This document shows positions 16,070-26,167 of a DNA stretch of 32,377 nt, in pieces. Numbering within the stretch: position 1 is the stretch's first letter; every line of letters starts with the position of its first letter. The stretch covers positions 1 through 32,377 of the forward strand of contig CAXNGM010000001.1 in the NCBI GenBank assembly GCA_964201695.1, written 5' to 3'. The stretch comes from Bacteroidia bacterium. Its GTDB lineage: Bacteria; Bacteroidota; Bacteroidia; M30B66. Both the position numbers and the translations under genes were made by a program. Below the pieces are notes generated by a model that made no database searches, was not told where the DNA came from, and saw nothing but the letters and a program-made list of their open reading frames with translations.

Positions 16070-19018
16070 ATGGAGGATAATCAACTTATTTTCAGCTTTT
16101 TCAGGCACCCTTCGTTTGGACTTAGTCTTGATGCCTTTATGGTAAAATTGCTTGAGAATAAAACCTTTTCATACAATTACCAAAGACTATTATTCGAACG
16201 CATGAGTGATTTCCCTTATCCATATTCGGATGAGGAGAAGAAAGTATTGCGAAAAATTAGCGAATTAAGTCCCAAAAACATCGAACAGCATTTCAATAAA
16301 AAGCAAGTTAAGTCGGCTGTTTTTTTGGAGAAACTTGCCAACGATAAAGATCAAATGAAACTGCTTTCGTCTTATTTTGATAGACGATTATCAGCCTGTC
16401 TTGAATTATTAAAAGGTAGCAAGGTTTATTGGAAAGAGCGTTCCTCTGACCATCCCGGAATGCAAGGTTTTAATGTAGAAACCGAACCTGCTCATGTAAC
16501 GTATTTTTTTGATAGACAGACCGAAGGTATTCAATACAAGTTGCAAATTGAACACAAAGGAAAGATTCTCGATTTGAAAAAGGGGGGATCCGAGATTTTG
16601 AGTCATAATCCATGTTGGGTGCTCCACAATGGTTCCATACTTCATTTCAATGATGGAACAGATGGAAACAAAATAAGTCCATTCCTAAAGCAAGGGGAAC
16701 TTCATATTCCAGATAAATTAGCGGATAAATTTTTGGAGTCCTTTATGCTTCGTGCTTCCAAAAAATTCAATGTTCAATATTCTGGATTTAATGTAATTAC
16801 AGAACCCGGAAAACGTTCCGCGGTGATTAGTATTGAAATGGATTTAGCGAATGCACCAGTACTCCAGTTAAATTTTAAATACGATCGTTTTCAAGTTACA
16901 GCAGCTCAAGATCAAGAACTACTCGTTTCGCTTCAACGCGAAGAGTCTGGACTTCATCTACTTAGATATTCTCGCGACCGAGCCTTTGAACACGCGCGCT
17001 CGGAGGTTTTCATAAAAGCGGGACTAAAGCAAATAAAGCCCTCTTGGTTTATTCCCGAAAGCCAAGATACTTGGACATACAATCAATTGCTCGAATGGTT
17101 ATCGACCCATAAAGACGATTTCCTAGAAAGAGGTTTTGATACAGAAATATCATGGGAAGGGAGGCGCTTTGTTGCTGAACTGCCAGTTGTAGAAACACGC
17201 GAGGTTTCAGAAGGAACTGACTGGTTTGATGTTCTCGCCATCGTTCATATTGCTGGAATGCAGATTCCATTTGTGAAATTTCGCAAAAATATTCTCGAAC
17301 GAGATCGATATTTCAAACTTCCTGATGGGAGAATGCTCTTGTTGCCCGAAGTTTGGTTCTCGGAATACGCCGATTTATTTCAGTTTGGCGAGGATAAAGA
17401 GGAACTGCTTCGCATGCACAAACAGCACGAAGGCTTATTAAACAACCATCCGATTGTAAAAGGCGACTTAAATGCGCGTCTTTCAGAAGCAGGAAAATCA
17501 GCATACTTCGAAACATCAACCGTCGAATATCCTGTTCCAGCAAAACTCAACGCAACACTTCGTGATTATCAGAAAACGGGCTTCGATTGGCTTTGCCGAT
17601 TGGCTGTTAAAGGATTAGGCGCTTGTTTAGCCGATGATATGGGACTTGGAAAAACATTGCAGGTTATTGCGGTGTTGTTATGGTCGAAAGAAAAACAAAT
17701 TCCTCGATTAGAATCTCCTGCTCCAGATGTAAATCTCGATCTTTTCAAAGAAACATCGGAGTTTACAAATTCCAGGAAGCATTCTCCTTCGCTTATTGTT
17801 ATGGCTCCTTCCTTGGTTTATAACTGGGAAAATGAACTTCGGAAATTTGCTCCATCGCTTACAATTCATAAACATCTTGGGCAAAGACGTACCACGGATC
17901 CTAAACTTTTCAGTCGCTACGATATTATTTTAACCACCTATGGTATCGTTCGGAATGATGTTGAATTACTCAAACAAACGCATTTCGACCACATCGTTTT
18001 AGATGAAAGTCAGTTGATTAAAAATGTGCGTTCCTTAAGCTTCCAAACAGTTAAACAATTGGCGGGTTCTCAGCGTATTGTTTTAACGGGAACCCCTGTT
18101 GAAAATTCACTTGCAGATCTTTGGGCACAACTCACGTTTCTTCAACCTGGATTGATTGGAAGTTTCAAATACTTCAGACAAGAGTTTGTTATTCCAATCG
18201 AGCAACAACAAGATGCTCAGAAGCTTGATAAGTTGCGTAAAATAATACAGCCGTTTATTTTGCGAAGAACCAAAGAGGAAGTTGCCCCAGAACTTCCCGT
18301 TCTAACGCGTGCTGTTCATTATTGCGAAATGTCTTCCGATCAACGCGACTTTTACGAGGAACAAAAATCGGTATATCGCAACAAAATTCTCGAGAACATT
18401 TCGCGCGATGGGTTAGAAAAAAGCCAGTTGCTTATTCTTCGTGGTTTAACACATTTGCGGCAGATTGCAATTCATCCATCGCTTATCAATCCTGAGTATA
18501 CCGGAAGTTCTGCTAAAATGGAACAAGTTCTTGAGATGCTTTCTCAACTTCGAGAGCGAGGACGTAAAGTGTTGATGTTTTCGCCTTTTGTGCGACACCT
18601 CAATTTATACCGTCGTTATTTTGAGCAAAATAATATTCCGTTTTCTTTTCTCGCGGGTGAAGTTCCTCAGCACCAGCGTGCTTCTGTTATCAACGATTTC
18701 GATAATCATGAAGGATCTCGTGTATTTCTTATTCAATTAAAAACAGGAGGCTCAGGACTCAATTTAACGCAAGCCGATAATGTGTTTTTGTTGGATCCTT
18801 GGTGGAATCCAGCAGCCGAAGATCAGGCAATTGCTCGTTCTCATAGAATGGGCCAACACCATCCTGTTTTTGCTTGGAGGTTTATTACTAAAGACTCCAT
18901 TGAAGAAAAAATTCTGCGGCTTCAGGAACGTAAAACACGACTTGCAAGCGATATCCTCGAAGGATCTTCATCATTTAGAACGCTTACAGAAGAAGAGCTC
19001 GACGATCTTTTTGGATAG
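16070..19018 (+). CDS. SNF2-family DEAD/DEAH-box helicase with a long N-terminal accessory region
   Basis: Helicase motifs LRDYQKTGFDWL, ADDMGLGKT (I), VLDESQLIKN (II), LTGTPVEN (III) and QAIARSHRMGQ (VI) lie in the C-terminal half. The N-terminal part of about 490 aa has no motif I can name. Confidence 0.9.
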   Translation: MEDNQLIFSFFRHPSFGLSLDAFMVKLLENKTFSYNYQRLLFERMSDFPYPYSDEEKKVLRKISELSPKNIEQHFNKKQVKSAVFLEKLANDKDQMKLLSSYFDRRLSACLELLKGSKVYWKERSSDHPGMQGFNVETEPAHVTYFFDRQTEGIQYKLQIEHKGKILDLKKGGSEILSHNPCWVLHNGSILHFNDGTDGNKISPFLKQGELHIPDKLADKFLESFMLRASKKFNVQYSGFNVITEPGKRSAVISIEMDLANAPVLQLNFKYDRFQVTAAQDQELLVSLQREESGLHLLRYSRDRAFEHARSEVFIKAGLKQIKPSWFIPESQDTWTYNQLLEWLSTHKDDFLERGFDTEISWEGRRFVAELPVVETREVSEGTDWFDVLAIVHIAGMQIPFVKFRKNILERDRYFKLPDGRMLLLPEVWFSEYADLFQFGEDKEELLRMHKQHEGLLNNHPIVKGDLNARLSEAGKSAYFETSTVEYPVPAKLNATLRDYQKTGFDWLCRLAVKGLGACLADDMGLGKTLQVIAVLLWSKEKQIPRLESPAPDVNLDLFKETSEFTNSRKHSPSLIVMAPSLVYNWENELRKFAPSLTIHKHLGQRRTTDPKLFSRYDIILTTYGIVRNDVELLKQTHFDHIVLDESQLIKNVRSLSFQTVKQLAGSQRIVLTGTPVENSLADLWAQLTFLQPGLIGSFKYFRQEFVIPIEQQQDAQKLDKLRKIIQPFILRRTKEEVAPELPVLTRAVHYCEMSSDQRDFYEEQKSVYRNKILENISRDGLEKSQLLILRGLTHLRQIAIHPSLINPEYTGSSAKMEQVLEMLSQLRERGRKVLMFSPFVRHLNLYRRYFEQNNIPFSFLAGEVPQHQRASVINDFDNHEGSRVFLIQLKTGGSGLNLTQADNVFLLDPWWNPAAEDQAIARSHRMGQHHPVFAWRFITKDSIEEKILRLQERKTRLASDILEGSSSFRTLTEEELDDLFG

Positions 19019-19088
19019 ATTTAAATGAGCGAATTTTAATCCTTTTCTTTCAACAACAATTCCTTAGTTTCGCAGAAATACAATTTTT

Positions 19089-20834
19089 ATGGAACAAATT
19101 GCGGCCAGAAAACATCCACGCGCATTGCCCTTTTTATTTTTCACTGAAATGTGGGAACGTTTTGGGTATTACTTAATGATTGGGATTTTCCAGCTATACA
19201 TGACTGCTTCTTTAGCTGAAGGTGGCTTGGGTTTCGATCGAAAAGATGCTGCCGATATTTATGGAACCTTCATCGCGTTTGTTTTCTTAACTCCCTTTTT
19301 AGGTGGATTACTTGCCGATCGTGTTCTTGGATATCGCCGATCAATTTACATTGGCGGAATTCTCATGGGACTTGGATATTGTGGTCTCGCATTAGATGGC
19401 ATGGGCTATTTTTACAGTTCACTTGCCTTGATTATTGTCGGGAATGGATTTTTCAAACCCAATATTTCCACCTTATTGGGGAACCTCTATTCCGAAGATC
19501 AATACAAATCGAACAAGGATAGTGGCTACAATATCTTTTACATGGGAATCAACATCGGTGCGTTAGTGTGTAATTTCTTCGCAGCTTTTATGCGTAACAA
19601 ATACGGTTGGGAATTTGCCTTTTTAACAGCCGGTATTGGGATGTTTTTAGGATTAATCATTTTCGCCATTGGAACACGCCATTATAGTCATGCTGATGTG
19701 AAAAAAGCAGCGCAGAAAGAAGACATGTCAGTTGCGCGTGTTCTTTCATTGGTATTGCTTCCTGCAATTGCTGTTGGTATTGGAGGATGGCTTATTCCGG
19801 GTAATTTATTCGGATCCGATTCTACCGATGCGTTCATTTTTGCCTGTATTCCGGTTATTGCATTTTATGTTTCCTTGTACACTCGTGCAGCAGCATCCGA
19901 CAAACGTCCAATTGCCGCATTATTGGCTGTTATGGCCGTAAGCGTTATGTTTTGGGCTGTCTTTAAACAAAATGGAACGGCACTTACCACCTGGGCGCAG
20001 TTTTACACCGACCGCGAACTTCCAGCTGCAATTGCCAATGGTGCAGATAGCTTATACTTGGCCGAAAAGGTTACCAATGCTCCCGACAGTGTTTCTTTGT
20101 ACAATGAAAAATTTCAAGTTCAGAAAGCAGATGGAAAGTTTATAACAGTCTTGGAAAAGCCAATCTATTTCCGAATATGGAATTTCTCATTGTTCTTATT
20201 TAATGAGAAGTCTCATGTTGAGAAAGTTGATGGAAAACCAATAAAAGTATGGGATAAGCCAATCTACTTCCGAAACCTTCAAACTGAAAAAATGCCAGCT
20301 GAAGGGGAAACGGTTAAGCTTGTTAATACCGAGATTTTTCAATCCATCAATCCTTTTTGGGTGGTTGTTCTAACGCCATTAGTTGTTGGCTTCTTTGCAT
20401 TCCTTCGTAAACGAAAAAGAGAGCCTTCAACGCCCGATAAAATTATGTGGGGTTTATTTATTTCTGGACTTTCTACGCTTGTCATGATTTGGGCGGTAAT
20501 GTCCTGCCACAATGGAATCGAAAAAGCATCTTCTTGGTGGCTCATTGGATGCTACGGAGTAATCACGATTGGCGAATTATTTTTAAGTCCGATGGGATTA
20601 TCGATGGTTTCCAAATTAAGTCCACCGCGATTAACAGCACTCATGATGGGAGGTTGGTTTCTCTCAACATCGATAGGTAATAAACTTTCTGGAATTCTTG
20701 CAACTCTTTGGGATACCTACGAAAACAAGAGTAATTACTTCTTAGTGAACTTTATTTTACTTATTGTAGCAACAATAATATTGCTTTCCATGTTAAAGTG
20801 GCTTCGTAAAATTTTCAAAGAACACGCCGCATAA
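19089..20834 (+). CDS. POT/PTR2-family proton-dependent oligopeptide transporter
   Basis: The ExxERFxYY signature is present (FTEMWERFGYYLM), along with many TM segments. At 581 aa it is longer than I would expect for this family, and the extra length appears to come from a duplicated central loop segment. Confidence 0.9.
   Translation: MEQIAARKHPRALPFLFFTEMWERFGYYLMIGIFQLYMTASLAEGGLGFDRKDAADIYGTFIAFVFLTPFLGGLLADRVLGYRRSIYIGGILMGLGYCGLALDGMGYFYSSLALIIVGNGFFKPNISTLLGNLYSEDQYKSNKDSGYNIFYMGINIGALVCNFFAAFMRNKYGWEFAFLTAGIGMFLGLIIFAIGTRHYSHADVKKAAQKEDMSVARVLSLVLLPAIAVGIGGWLIPGNLFGSDSTDAFIFACIPVIAFYVSLYTRAAASDKRPIAALLAVMAVSVMFWAVFKQNGTALTTWAQFYTDRELPAAIANGADSLYLAEKVTNAPDSVSLYNEKFQVQKADGKFITVLEKPIYFRIWNFSLFLFNEKSHVEKVDGKPIKVWDKPIYFRNLQTEKMPAEGETVKLVNTEIFQSINPFWVVVLTPLVVGFFAFLRKRKREPSTPDKIMWGLFISGLSTLVMIWAVMSCHNGIEKASSWWLIGCYGVITIGELFLSPMGLSMVSKLSPPRLTALMMGGWFLSTSIGNKLSGILATLWDTYENKSNYFLVNFILLIVATIILLSMLKWLRKIFKEHAA
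20097..20282 (+). repeat. Imperfect tandem duplication (period 99 nt / 33 aa) in the POT central loop
   Basis: LYNEKFQVQKADGKFITVLEKPIYFRIWN (20097-20183) against LFNEKSHVEKVDGKPIKVWDKPIYFRNLQ (20196-20282). I counted 17 of 29 identical residues, in frame. Confidence 0.7.
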
Positions 20835-20837
20835 ATT

Positions 20838-22415
20838 ATGAAACAACAATTTACTTTTAATGAAAAACTAAAACACGATGTACCTGCATCGGTCATGGTT
20901 TTTTTGGTTGCTTTGCCACTGTGTTTGGGTATTGCTTTGGCCAGTGGAGCACCAGCGTTTTCAGGTGTTCTCGCTGGTATAATTGGCGGAATAGTTGTAG
21001 GACGTATAAGTGGTTCGCAACTAAGTGTTAGTGGTCCTGCTGCAGGCTTAACAGTTATAGTGGTAGATTCCATTCATCAATTGGGATCATACGAAGCCTT
21101 TTTATTGGCTGTGTGTATTGCTGGTATTTTTCAGATTATTCTTGGTTTTTTAAAGGCAGGTGTTTTAGCGAATTTCTTCCCATCTTCTGTTATTAAAGGC
21201 ATGTTGGCCTCAATAGGATTAGTTCTTATCTTAAAACAACTCCCCAAAGCTCTCGGGTATGATTTTGATTTTGAAGGCGATGAGAGTTTCGAAGAAGCTG
21301 GTGGACACAATACATTTACCGATATTTATTATGCCTTTCTTGACTTAAAAATCGGTGCAGTAATTATTACGCTTGCCTCATTATTTTCAATGATTTTATG
21401 GGACTCAAAAGTGGGTAAATTAAACAAGAATCTTAAAATGATTCCAGGAGCATTGCTTGCAGTAATTGTTGGGGTAATGGTCAATTATATTTTTGCTAAT
21501 TGGTTTCCTCAACTCTTTCTCGAAGCATCACATCGGGTCGACTTACCAACAAGTATTTTAAAATCTGGCATTACAGATTTGCTCGTTTTTCCTAATTTCA
21601 ATGCATATAACAATCCAGTCGTTTATTCAGTTGCTGTTACATTAGCAATTGTTGCTAGCATTGAAAGTCTACTTAGTATCGAAGCATCCGACCGTCTTGA
21701 TCCTCATCATAGAATTACGCCTTTGAATAGAGAGTTGCTTGCACAAGGAACAGGAAATATAGTATCAGGTTTACTTGGTGGGCTTCCTGTTACTGCTGTT
21801 ATTGTTCGTACTTCTGCCAATTTATTAGCGGGTGCAGTTTCTAGTTATTCAACAATTATTCATGGGGTTTTATTAGCAATCAGTATTGTTTTATTTCCTC
21901 TCTTACTAAATTCCATCCCGCTTTCGGCACTTTCTGCTATTTTATTAATTGTTGGTTTCAAACTAACGAACCCCAATTTATACATCTCAATTTATAAAAA
22001 AGGATTCTCTCAATTTTTGCCATTTATAATAACAATTGTAGCAATACTCCTAACAAATATGCTTGTAGGAATTGGGATTGGTCTTGCAGTGGGGCTAATC
22101 TTTGTTCTAATCTCTAATTTTCACCGTGCAATAAGTGTTACCGAAGATGGAGATAATGTTTTAGTTAGATTAAGAAATAATGTGACCTTTTTAAATAAAA
22201 CACTTTTAAGAGACACATTGATGAAAGTTAAACCAGGGAGAAATGTATTCATAGATGGAACAAAGGCCTCTTTTATCGATTATGATATTATAGAAACTAT
22301 CGAAATTTATTGTCTTTCTGCAAAAAGCAGAGGGATTCAAGTTGAATTAAAGAAATCAGTAACGAGCCATAACGAATTTTTCAGACTTAACGAATTGAAA
22401 GATGAAACCATTTGA
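20838..22415 (+). CDS. SulP-family inorganic anion transporter with a C-terminal STAS domain (possible bicarbonate transporter)
   Basis: 525 aa. The N-terminus DVPASVMVFLVALPLCLGIALASGAP is typical of SulP, with a polytopic core and a soluble STAS-like tail (VLVRLRNNVTFLNK...). It starts 3 nt after the POT stop. Confidence 0.9.
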   Translation: MKQQFTFNEKLKHDVPASVMVFLVALPLCLGIALASGAPAFSGVLAGIIGGIVVGRISGSQLSVSGPAAGLTVIVVDSIHQLGSYEAFLLAVCIAGIFQIILGFLKAGVLANFFPSSVIKGMLASIGLVLILKQLPKALGYDFDFEGDESFEEAGGHNTFTDIYYAFLDLKIGAVIITLASLFSMILWDSKVGKLNKNLKMIPGALLAVIVGVMVNYIFANWFPQLFLEASHRVDLPTSILKSGITDLLVFPNFNAYNNPVVYSVAVTLAIVASIESLLSIEASDRLDPHHRITPLNRELLAQGTGNIVSGLLGGLPVTAVIVRTSANLLAGAVSSYSTIIHGVLLAISIVLFPLLLNSIPLSALSAILLIVGFKLTNPNLYISIYKKGFSQFLPFIITIVAILLTNMLVGIGIGLAVGLIFVLISNFHRAISVTEDGDNVLVRLRNNVTFLNKTLLRDTLMKVKPGRNVFIDGTKASFIDYDIIETIEIYCLSAKSRGIQVELKKSVTSHNEFFRLNELKDETI

Positions 22416-23046
22416 ACGTCTTCTTCTAGAAAACAAAGCCTGGGCAGCTGAAAAATTGGAAATAGATCCTCAATATTTTTTGAGGCAAGTGAAAGATCAA
22501 TCGCCCGAATTTTTTTGGATCGGTTGTTCCGATAGTCGCGTACCGGCAAACGAAGTGACCAATACCGAACCTGGCGAAATCTTCGTGCACCGTAATGTGG
22601 CCAATTTGGTGGTAAACACGGATTTAAATTTATTAAGTGTTCTTCAATACGCGGTTGAGGTTTTGGAAGTGAAGCATATCATTGTCTGCGGGCATTATGG
22701 ATGTGGTGGTGTAAAAGCCGCGATGACGCAAAAGTCTTATGGGATCATCAATAAATGGCTGCGTAACATCAAGGATGTTTATCGTTTTCATCGTGATGAA
22801 ATCGATGGAATTCAAGATGAACAAAAACGTGTTGATCGCCTTATTGAACTCAATGTGAAAGAACAGATTCACAACCTAGCAAAGACATCCATCGTTCAAA
22901 AAGCATGGATAAATAGACAAGGTCCAACTCTTCATGGTTGGGTGTATCGCCTTGATGATGGAATTCTTAATAACATTCTTACCATTGATCACACTTTCAA
23001 TGTGGATCCAATTTACCGTTTTGACGAGGACGAGTTGAAAGATTGA
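22402..23046 (+). CDS. can: Beta-class carbonic anhydrase
   Basis: Zinc-ligand motifs CSDSRV and HYGCGG are present, and 214 aa is a typical length. ATG 22402 overlaps the SulP gene by 14 nt. Confidence 0.9.
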   Translation: MKPFERLLLENKAWAAEKLEIDPQYFLRQVKDQSPEFFWIGCSDSRVPANEVTNTEPGEIFVHRNVANLVVNTDLNLLSVLQYAVEVLEVKHIIVCGHYGCGGVKAAMTQKSYGIINKWLRNIKDVYRFHRDEIDGIQDEQKRVDRLIELNVKEQIHNLAKTSIVQKAWINRQGPTLHGWVYRLDDGILNNILTIDHTFNVDPIYRFDEDELKD

Positions 23047-23098
23047 GATAAAAACAATTCAATCACTACCTTAGCGCCTGTCAATGCAATTATAACTT

Positions 23099-23839
23099 AT
23101 GTCGGGACATAGTAAATGGGCGAATATTAAACATCGCAAAGGGCTGAAAGACAAACGAAGAGGCAAGTTGTTTACTCGTTTACTTAAGGAGTTGATGATG
23201 GCTACTCGCAATGGAGGTCCTGATCCTGATGGAAATCCTCGCTTAAGATTGGCAATTCAAAATGCAAAAGGCGCCAATATTCCTAAAGACACGATTTTAA
23301 GAAATATTGAAAAAGCTTCTGGTATTGGTGGTGAAGCTTATGTTGAACCTACCTACGAAGGGTATGCTCCATTTGGTATTGCGGTTTTTGTGGAATGCGC
23401 TACCGATAACTTAAACAGAACTGTTCAAGATGTCCGCATGGTCTTTAATAAGTTCGGCGGAAATTTGGGAACAAACGGTTCATTGAGTTTCGTTTTTGAT
23501 CGTATGGGGGTTTTTGAAATTGCTCAAGGAAATCTGAACGAAGATGATTTTACCATGGAAATGATAGATTCCAACGCCTCGGAAGTTGAATTAAACGAAG
23601 GTGTTTATACTGTATTGCTTCCATTCGAGTCATTTGGCTTGCTTCAGAGAAAATTGGAAAGCATGGGTATTGAAGCCGAAAATGCAAGCATACAAAGTAT
23701 TCCAAAAGAACGAACAACGCTCGATTTAGAATCTGCTAAAAAAGTAATGAAACTCATAGAAATGCTTGAAGATCTTGATGATGTTCAACAAGTATATCAT
23801 AACTTGGAAATCACCGAAGAACTCGCTAACGAATTATAA
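23099..23839 (+). CDS. YebC/PmpR-family DNA-binding regulatory protein
   Basis: Begins with the hallmark [14 protein letters not shown]. 246 aa. Confidence 0.93.
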   Translation: MSGHSKWANIKHRKGLKDKRRGKLFTRLLKELMMATRNGGPDPDGNPRLRLAIQNAKGANIPKDTILRNIEKASGIGGEAYVEPTYEGYAPFGIAVFVECATDNLNRTVQDVRMVFNKFGGNLGTNGSLSFVFDRMGVFEIAQGNLNEDDFTMEMIDSNASEVELNEGVYTVLLPFESFGLLQRKLESMGIEAENASIQSIPKERTTLDLESAKKVMKLIEMLEDLDDVQQVYHNLEITEELANEL

Positions 23840-23841
23840 AA

Positions 23842-25419
23842 ATGGGAACTGCTTCTATTATTTCCCTACAAAAAAATATGCAAGACAAAATTAATCAACT
23901 CGAAGCAATGAAATCAGAAGCCCTATTAGGTGGAGGTTTGAAACGCATCGAATCACAACATAAGAAAGGCAAACTTACTGCCCGTGAGCGAATTGCTTTA
24001 TTGCTGGATGAAGGTTCCTTTGAAGAAATAGGACAACTCGTTACCCACCGCAGCACCAATTTTGGATTAGAGAATCAGAAGTTTTATGGTGATGGTGTGG
24101 TGACTGGTTACGGAACCGTTCATGGTCGTACCATTTATGTTTTCGCACAAGATTTTACCGTGTTTGGCGGTTCATTAGCCGAAGCGCATGCCACAAAAAT
24201 TTGCCGCATCATGGATCTTGCAATGCAAAATGGCGCTCCGGTGATTGGTCTGAACGATTCAGGTGGAGCTCGAATTCAGGAAGGCGTTGTGTCTTTGGGT
24301 GGATACGCTGATATCTTCTTCAAGAACACTATGGCTTCAGGTGTGATTCCTCAAATTTCGGCGATCATGGGTCCATGTGCTGGTGGAGCAGTTTATTCTC
24401 CCGCCATCACCGATTTCATTCTCATGGTGGAAGATACTTCCTACATGTTTGTGACGGGACCGAACGTGGTTAAAACCGTTACGCATGAAGAAGTGAGCTC
24501 CGAAGAATTAGGCGGAGCATCGGCACACAGTGTGAAGTCGGGTGTAACGCATTTCTCTTGTACTAATGGCGTTTCATGCATTCAAGACATTAAGAAACTG
24601 TTAAGCTATATTCCATCAAACTGCGAAGAAGAAGCTCCGCGTTTACCCTACACAGCAGGCAATGAAAAACGCCCTGTGCTCAATACCATCATCCCCGAAA
24701 ACCCAAATCAGCCTTACGATATCCGCGAGGTAATTGATCAAGTAATTGATACCGATACCTTCTTTGAAGTACATAAGAACTTTGCAGAAAATATCGTAGT
24801 CGGTTTTGCGCGTTTGGGTGGCCGAAGCATCGGAATTGTAGCGAATCAACCTGCCTATTTAGCGGGTGTACTTGATATAAAATCCTCACAGAAAGCGGCA
24901 CGTTTCGTTCGTTTCTGCGATTGTTTTAATATTCCATTGTTGGTGTTCGAAGATGTTCCAGGATTCCTTCCGGGAACTGATCAAGAGTGGAATGGCATCA
25001 TTACCAATGGGGCAAAATTGCTTTATGCTTTCTGCGAAGCTACAGTCCCGCGTATTACGGTAATTACCCGTAAAGCATATGGTGGTGCATACGATGTAAT
25101 GAACTCGAAACACATTGGCGCCGACATGAATTACGCTTGGCCAAGTGCCGAAATTGCGGTTATGGGAGCCAAAGGTGCAGCAGAAATTATCTTTAAGAAA
25201 GAAATTGAAGAAGCCCCAATACCTGCGGAGAAATTGCTCGAAAAAGAACGCGAATACGCAGAGCATTTTGCCAATCCATACAGCGCGGCAGAACGCGGAT
25301 ATGTTGATGAAGTGATTCATCCAGAACAAACCCGCGAGAAACTGATTCGTGCGTTTAAAATGCTCGAAAATAAAGTAGCAAAACTTCCACGCAAGAAACA
25401 CGGAAATATTCCGTTATAA
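23842..25419 (+). CDS. Acyl-CoA carboxylase carboxyltransferase beta subunit (propionyl-CoA carboxylase beta / methylmalonyl-CoA carboxyltransferase type)
   Basis: Two carboxyltransferase halves with [32 protein letters not shown] and [11 protein letters not shown] segments. It starts 2 nt after the yebC-family stop. ATG 23878 is an alternative start. Confidence 0.92.
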   Translation: MGTASIISLQKNMQDKINQLEAMKSEALLGGGLKRIESQHKKGKLTARERIALLLDEGSFEEIGQLVTHRSTNFGLENQKFYGDGVVTGYGTVHGRTIYVFAQDFTVFGGSLAEAHATKICRIMDLAMQNGAPVIGLNDSGGARIQEGVVSLGGYADIFFKNTMASGVIPQISAIMGPCAGGAVYSPAITDFILMVEDTSYMFVTGPNVVKTVTHEEVSSEELGGASAHSVKSGVTHFSCTNGVSCIQDIKKLLSYIPSNCEEEAPRLPYTAGNEKRPVLNTIIPENPNQPYDIREVIDQVIDTDTFFEVHKNFAENIVVGFARLGGRSIGIVANQPAYLAGVLDIKSSQKAARFVRFCDCFNIPLLVFEDVPGFLPGTDQEWNGIITNGAKLLYAFCEATVPRITVITRKAYGGAYDVMNSKHIGADMNYAWPSAEIAVMGAKGAAEIIFKKEIEEAPIPAEKLLEKEREYAEHFANPYSAAERGYVDEVIHPEQTREKLIRAFKMLENKVAKLPRKKHGNIPL

Positions 25420-25426
25420 GTTCACA

Positions 25427-26167
25427 GTGATTACAGAACAAAATTCTCCTGTACACAAAGTTCGCTACCTCCTTGCGGGCTTTGTGTTTTTTATGTCAAC
25501 GCTTGGACTTTGGGGACAAGTAACTGTAAGTGGAACCGTGCGCGATAAAGAAAGCGGCCGCCCTTTACCCTATGCTTTTGTGATTATTCAGCGTACACAA
25601 AATGGCGTTTTCTGTGACCAGCGCGGGAAGTTTAGCATGCAAGTCCAGCCAACAGATTCATTACTTTTTTCTATAACGGGCTATCAATTTACCAAGGTTT
25701 TGCTTGGCGATTCTGTTCGAAAATCAGAATACAACTTGAATGTTTCATTGATTCTAAAGCCTGTTAAACTTCGAACCTTTGAAGTAAAAGCACCCAAAAC
25801 ATTTGACCAGATTCTGGCGGATTTAGAAAAAGCCGAAAAATCGAAGGTGCATCATACAACTTCGGTTGGAAATGCCATTGAAAGTCCGATTACTTTCTTG
25901 TATATGCAATTTAGCAGGGAAGGAAAATCGATTCGTAAGATTTCTGAACTGCGCGCTGAAGATGCAAAGCAAGCGCTTATTAAAGAACTTTTCACTCGTT
26001 ACATGCTCGCTTATATCATCGATTTGGATGAAAAAGACATGGACGATTTCATTGCTTTTTCGGGCTTGACCAATACCTATAATTTATTTGACACTGAATA
26101 CGAATTGGTGGTGTATGTAAAAAACCGATTTGTGGATTACAAGCGGTACCGAGGCATTGAAGACTAA
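25427..26167 (+). CDS. Hypothetical protein with an N-terminal carboxypeptidase-regulatory-like domain
   Basis: GTG 25427 gives a signal/anchor-like KVRYLLAGFVFFMSTLGLWGQ. This is followed by VTVSGTVRDKESGRPLPYAFVIIQ...GKFSMQV, the usual CarboxypepD_reg-like pattern. ATG 25493 is an alternative start but would remove the hydrophobic segment. Confidence 0.7.
   Translation: MITEQNSPVHKVRYLLAGFVFFMSTLGLWGQVTVSGTVRDKESGRPLPYAFVIIQRTQNGVFCDQRGKFSMQVQPTDSLLFSITGYQFTKVLLGDSVRKSEYNLNVSLILKPVKLRTFEVKAPKTFDQILADLEKAEKSKVHHTTSVGNAIESPITFLYMQFSREGKSIRKISELRAEDAKQALIKELFTRYMLAYIIDLDEKDMDDFIAFSGLTNTYNLFDTEYELVVYVKNRFVDYKRYRGIED

Noticed and set aside
16070-19018. The SNF2 helicase as the core of a defence island
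   Set aside because: There is no adjacent methyltransferase, nuclease, phospholipase D, DUF or other typical partner. The flanking genes are housekeeping (amidohydrolase, peptide transporter), and there are no mobile-element scars or composition break.
20735-21073. 112-aa minus-strand ORF spanning the POT/SulP junction
   Set aside because: It is antisense to two motif-supported transporter genes. Its Pro/Thr/Ala-rich translation is typical of the reverse frame of membrane-protein genes.
24886-25401. 171-aa ORF antisense to the carboxyltransferase gene (and the smaller 24643-24849 and 24689-24901 ORFs)
   Set aside because: It lies entirely inside a strongly motif-supported CDS on the other strand. 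The translation is Phe/Cys/Asn-rich with no recognisable features.
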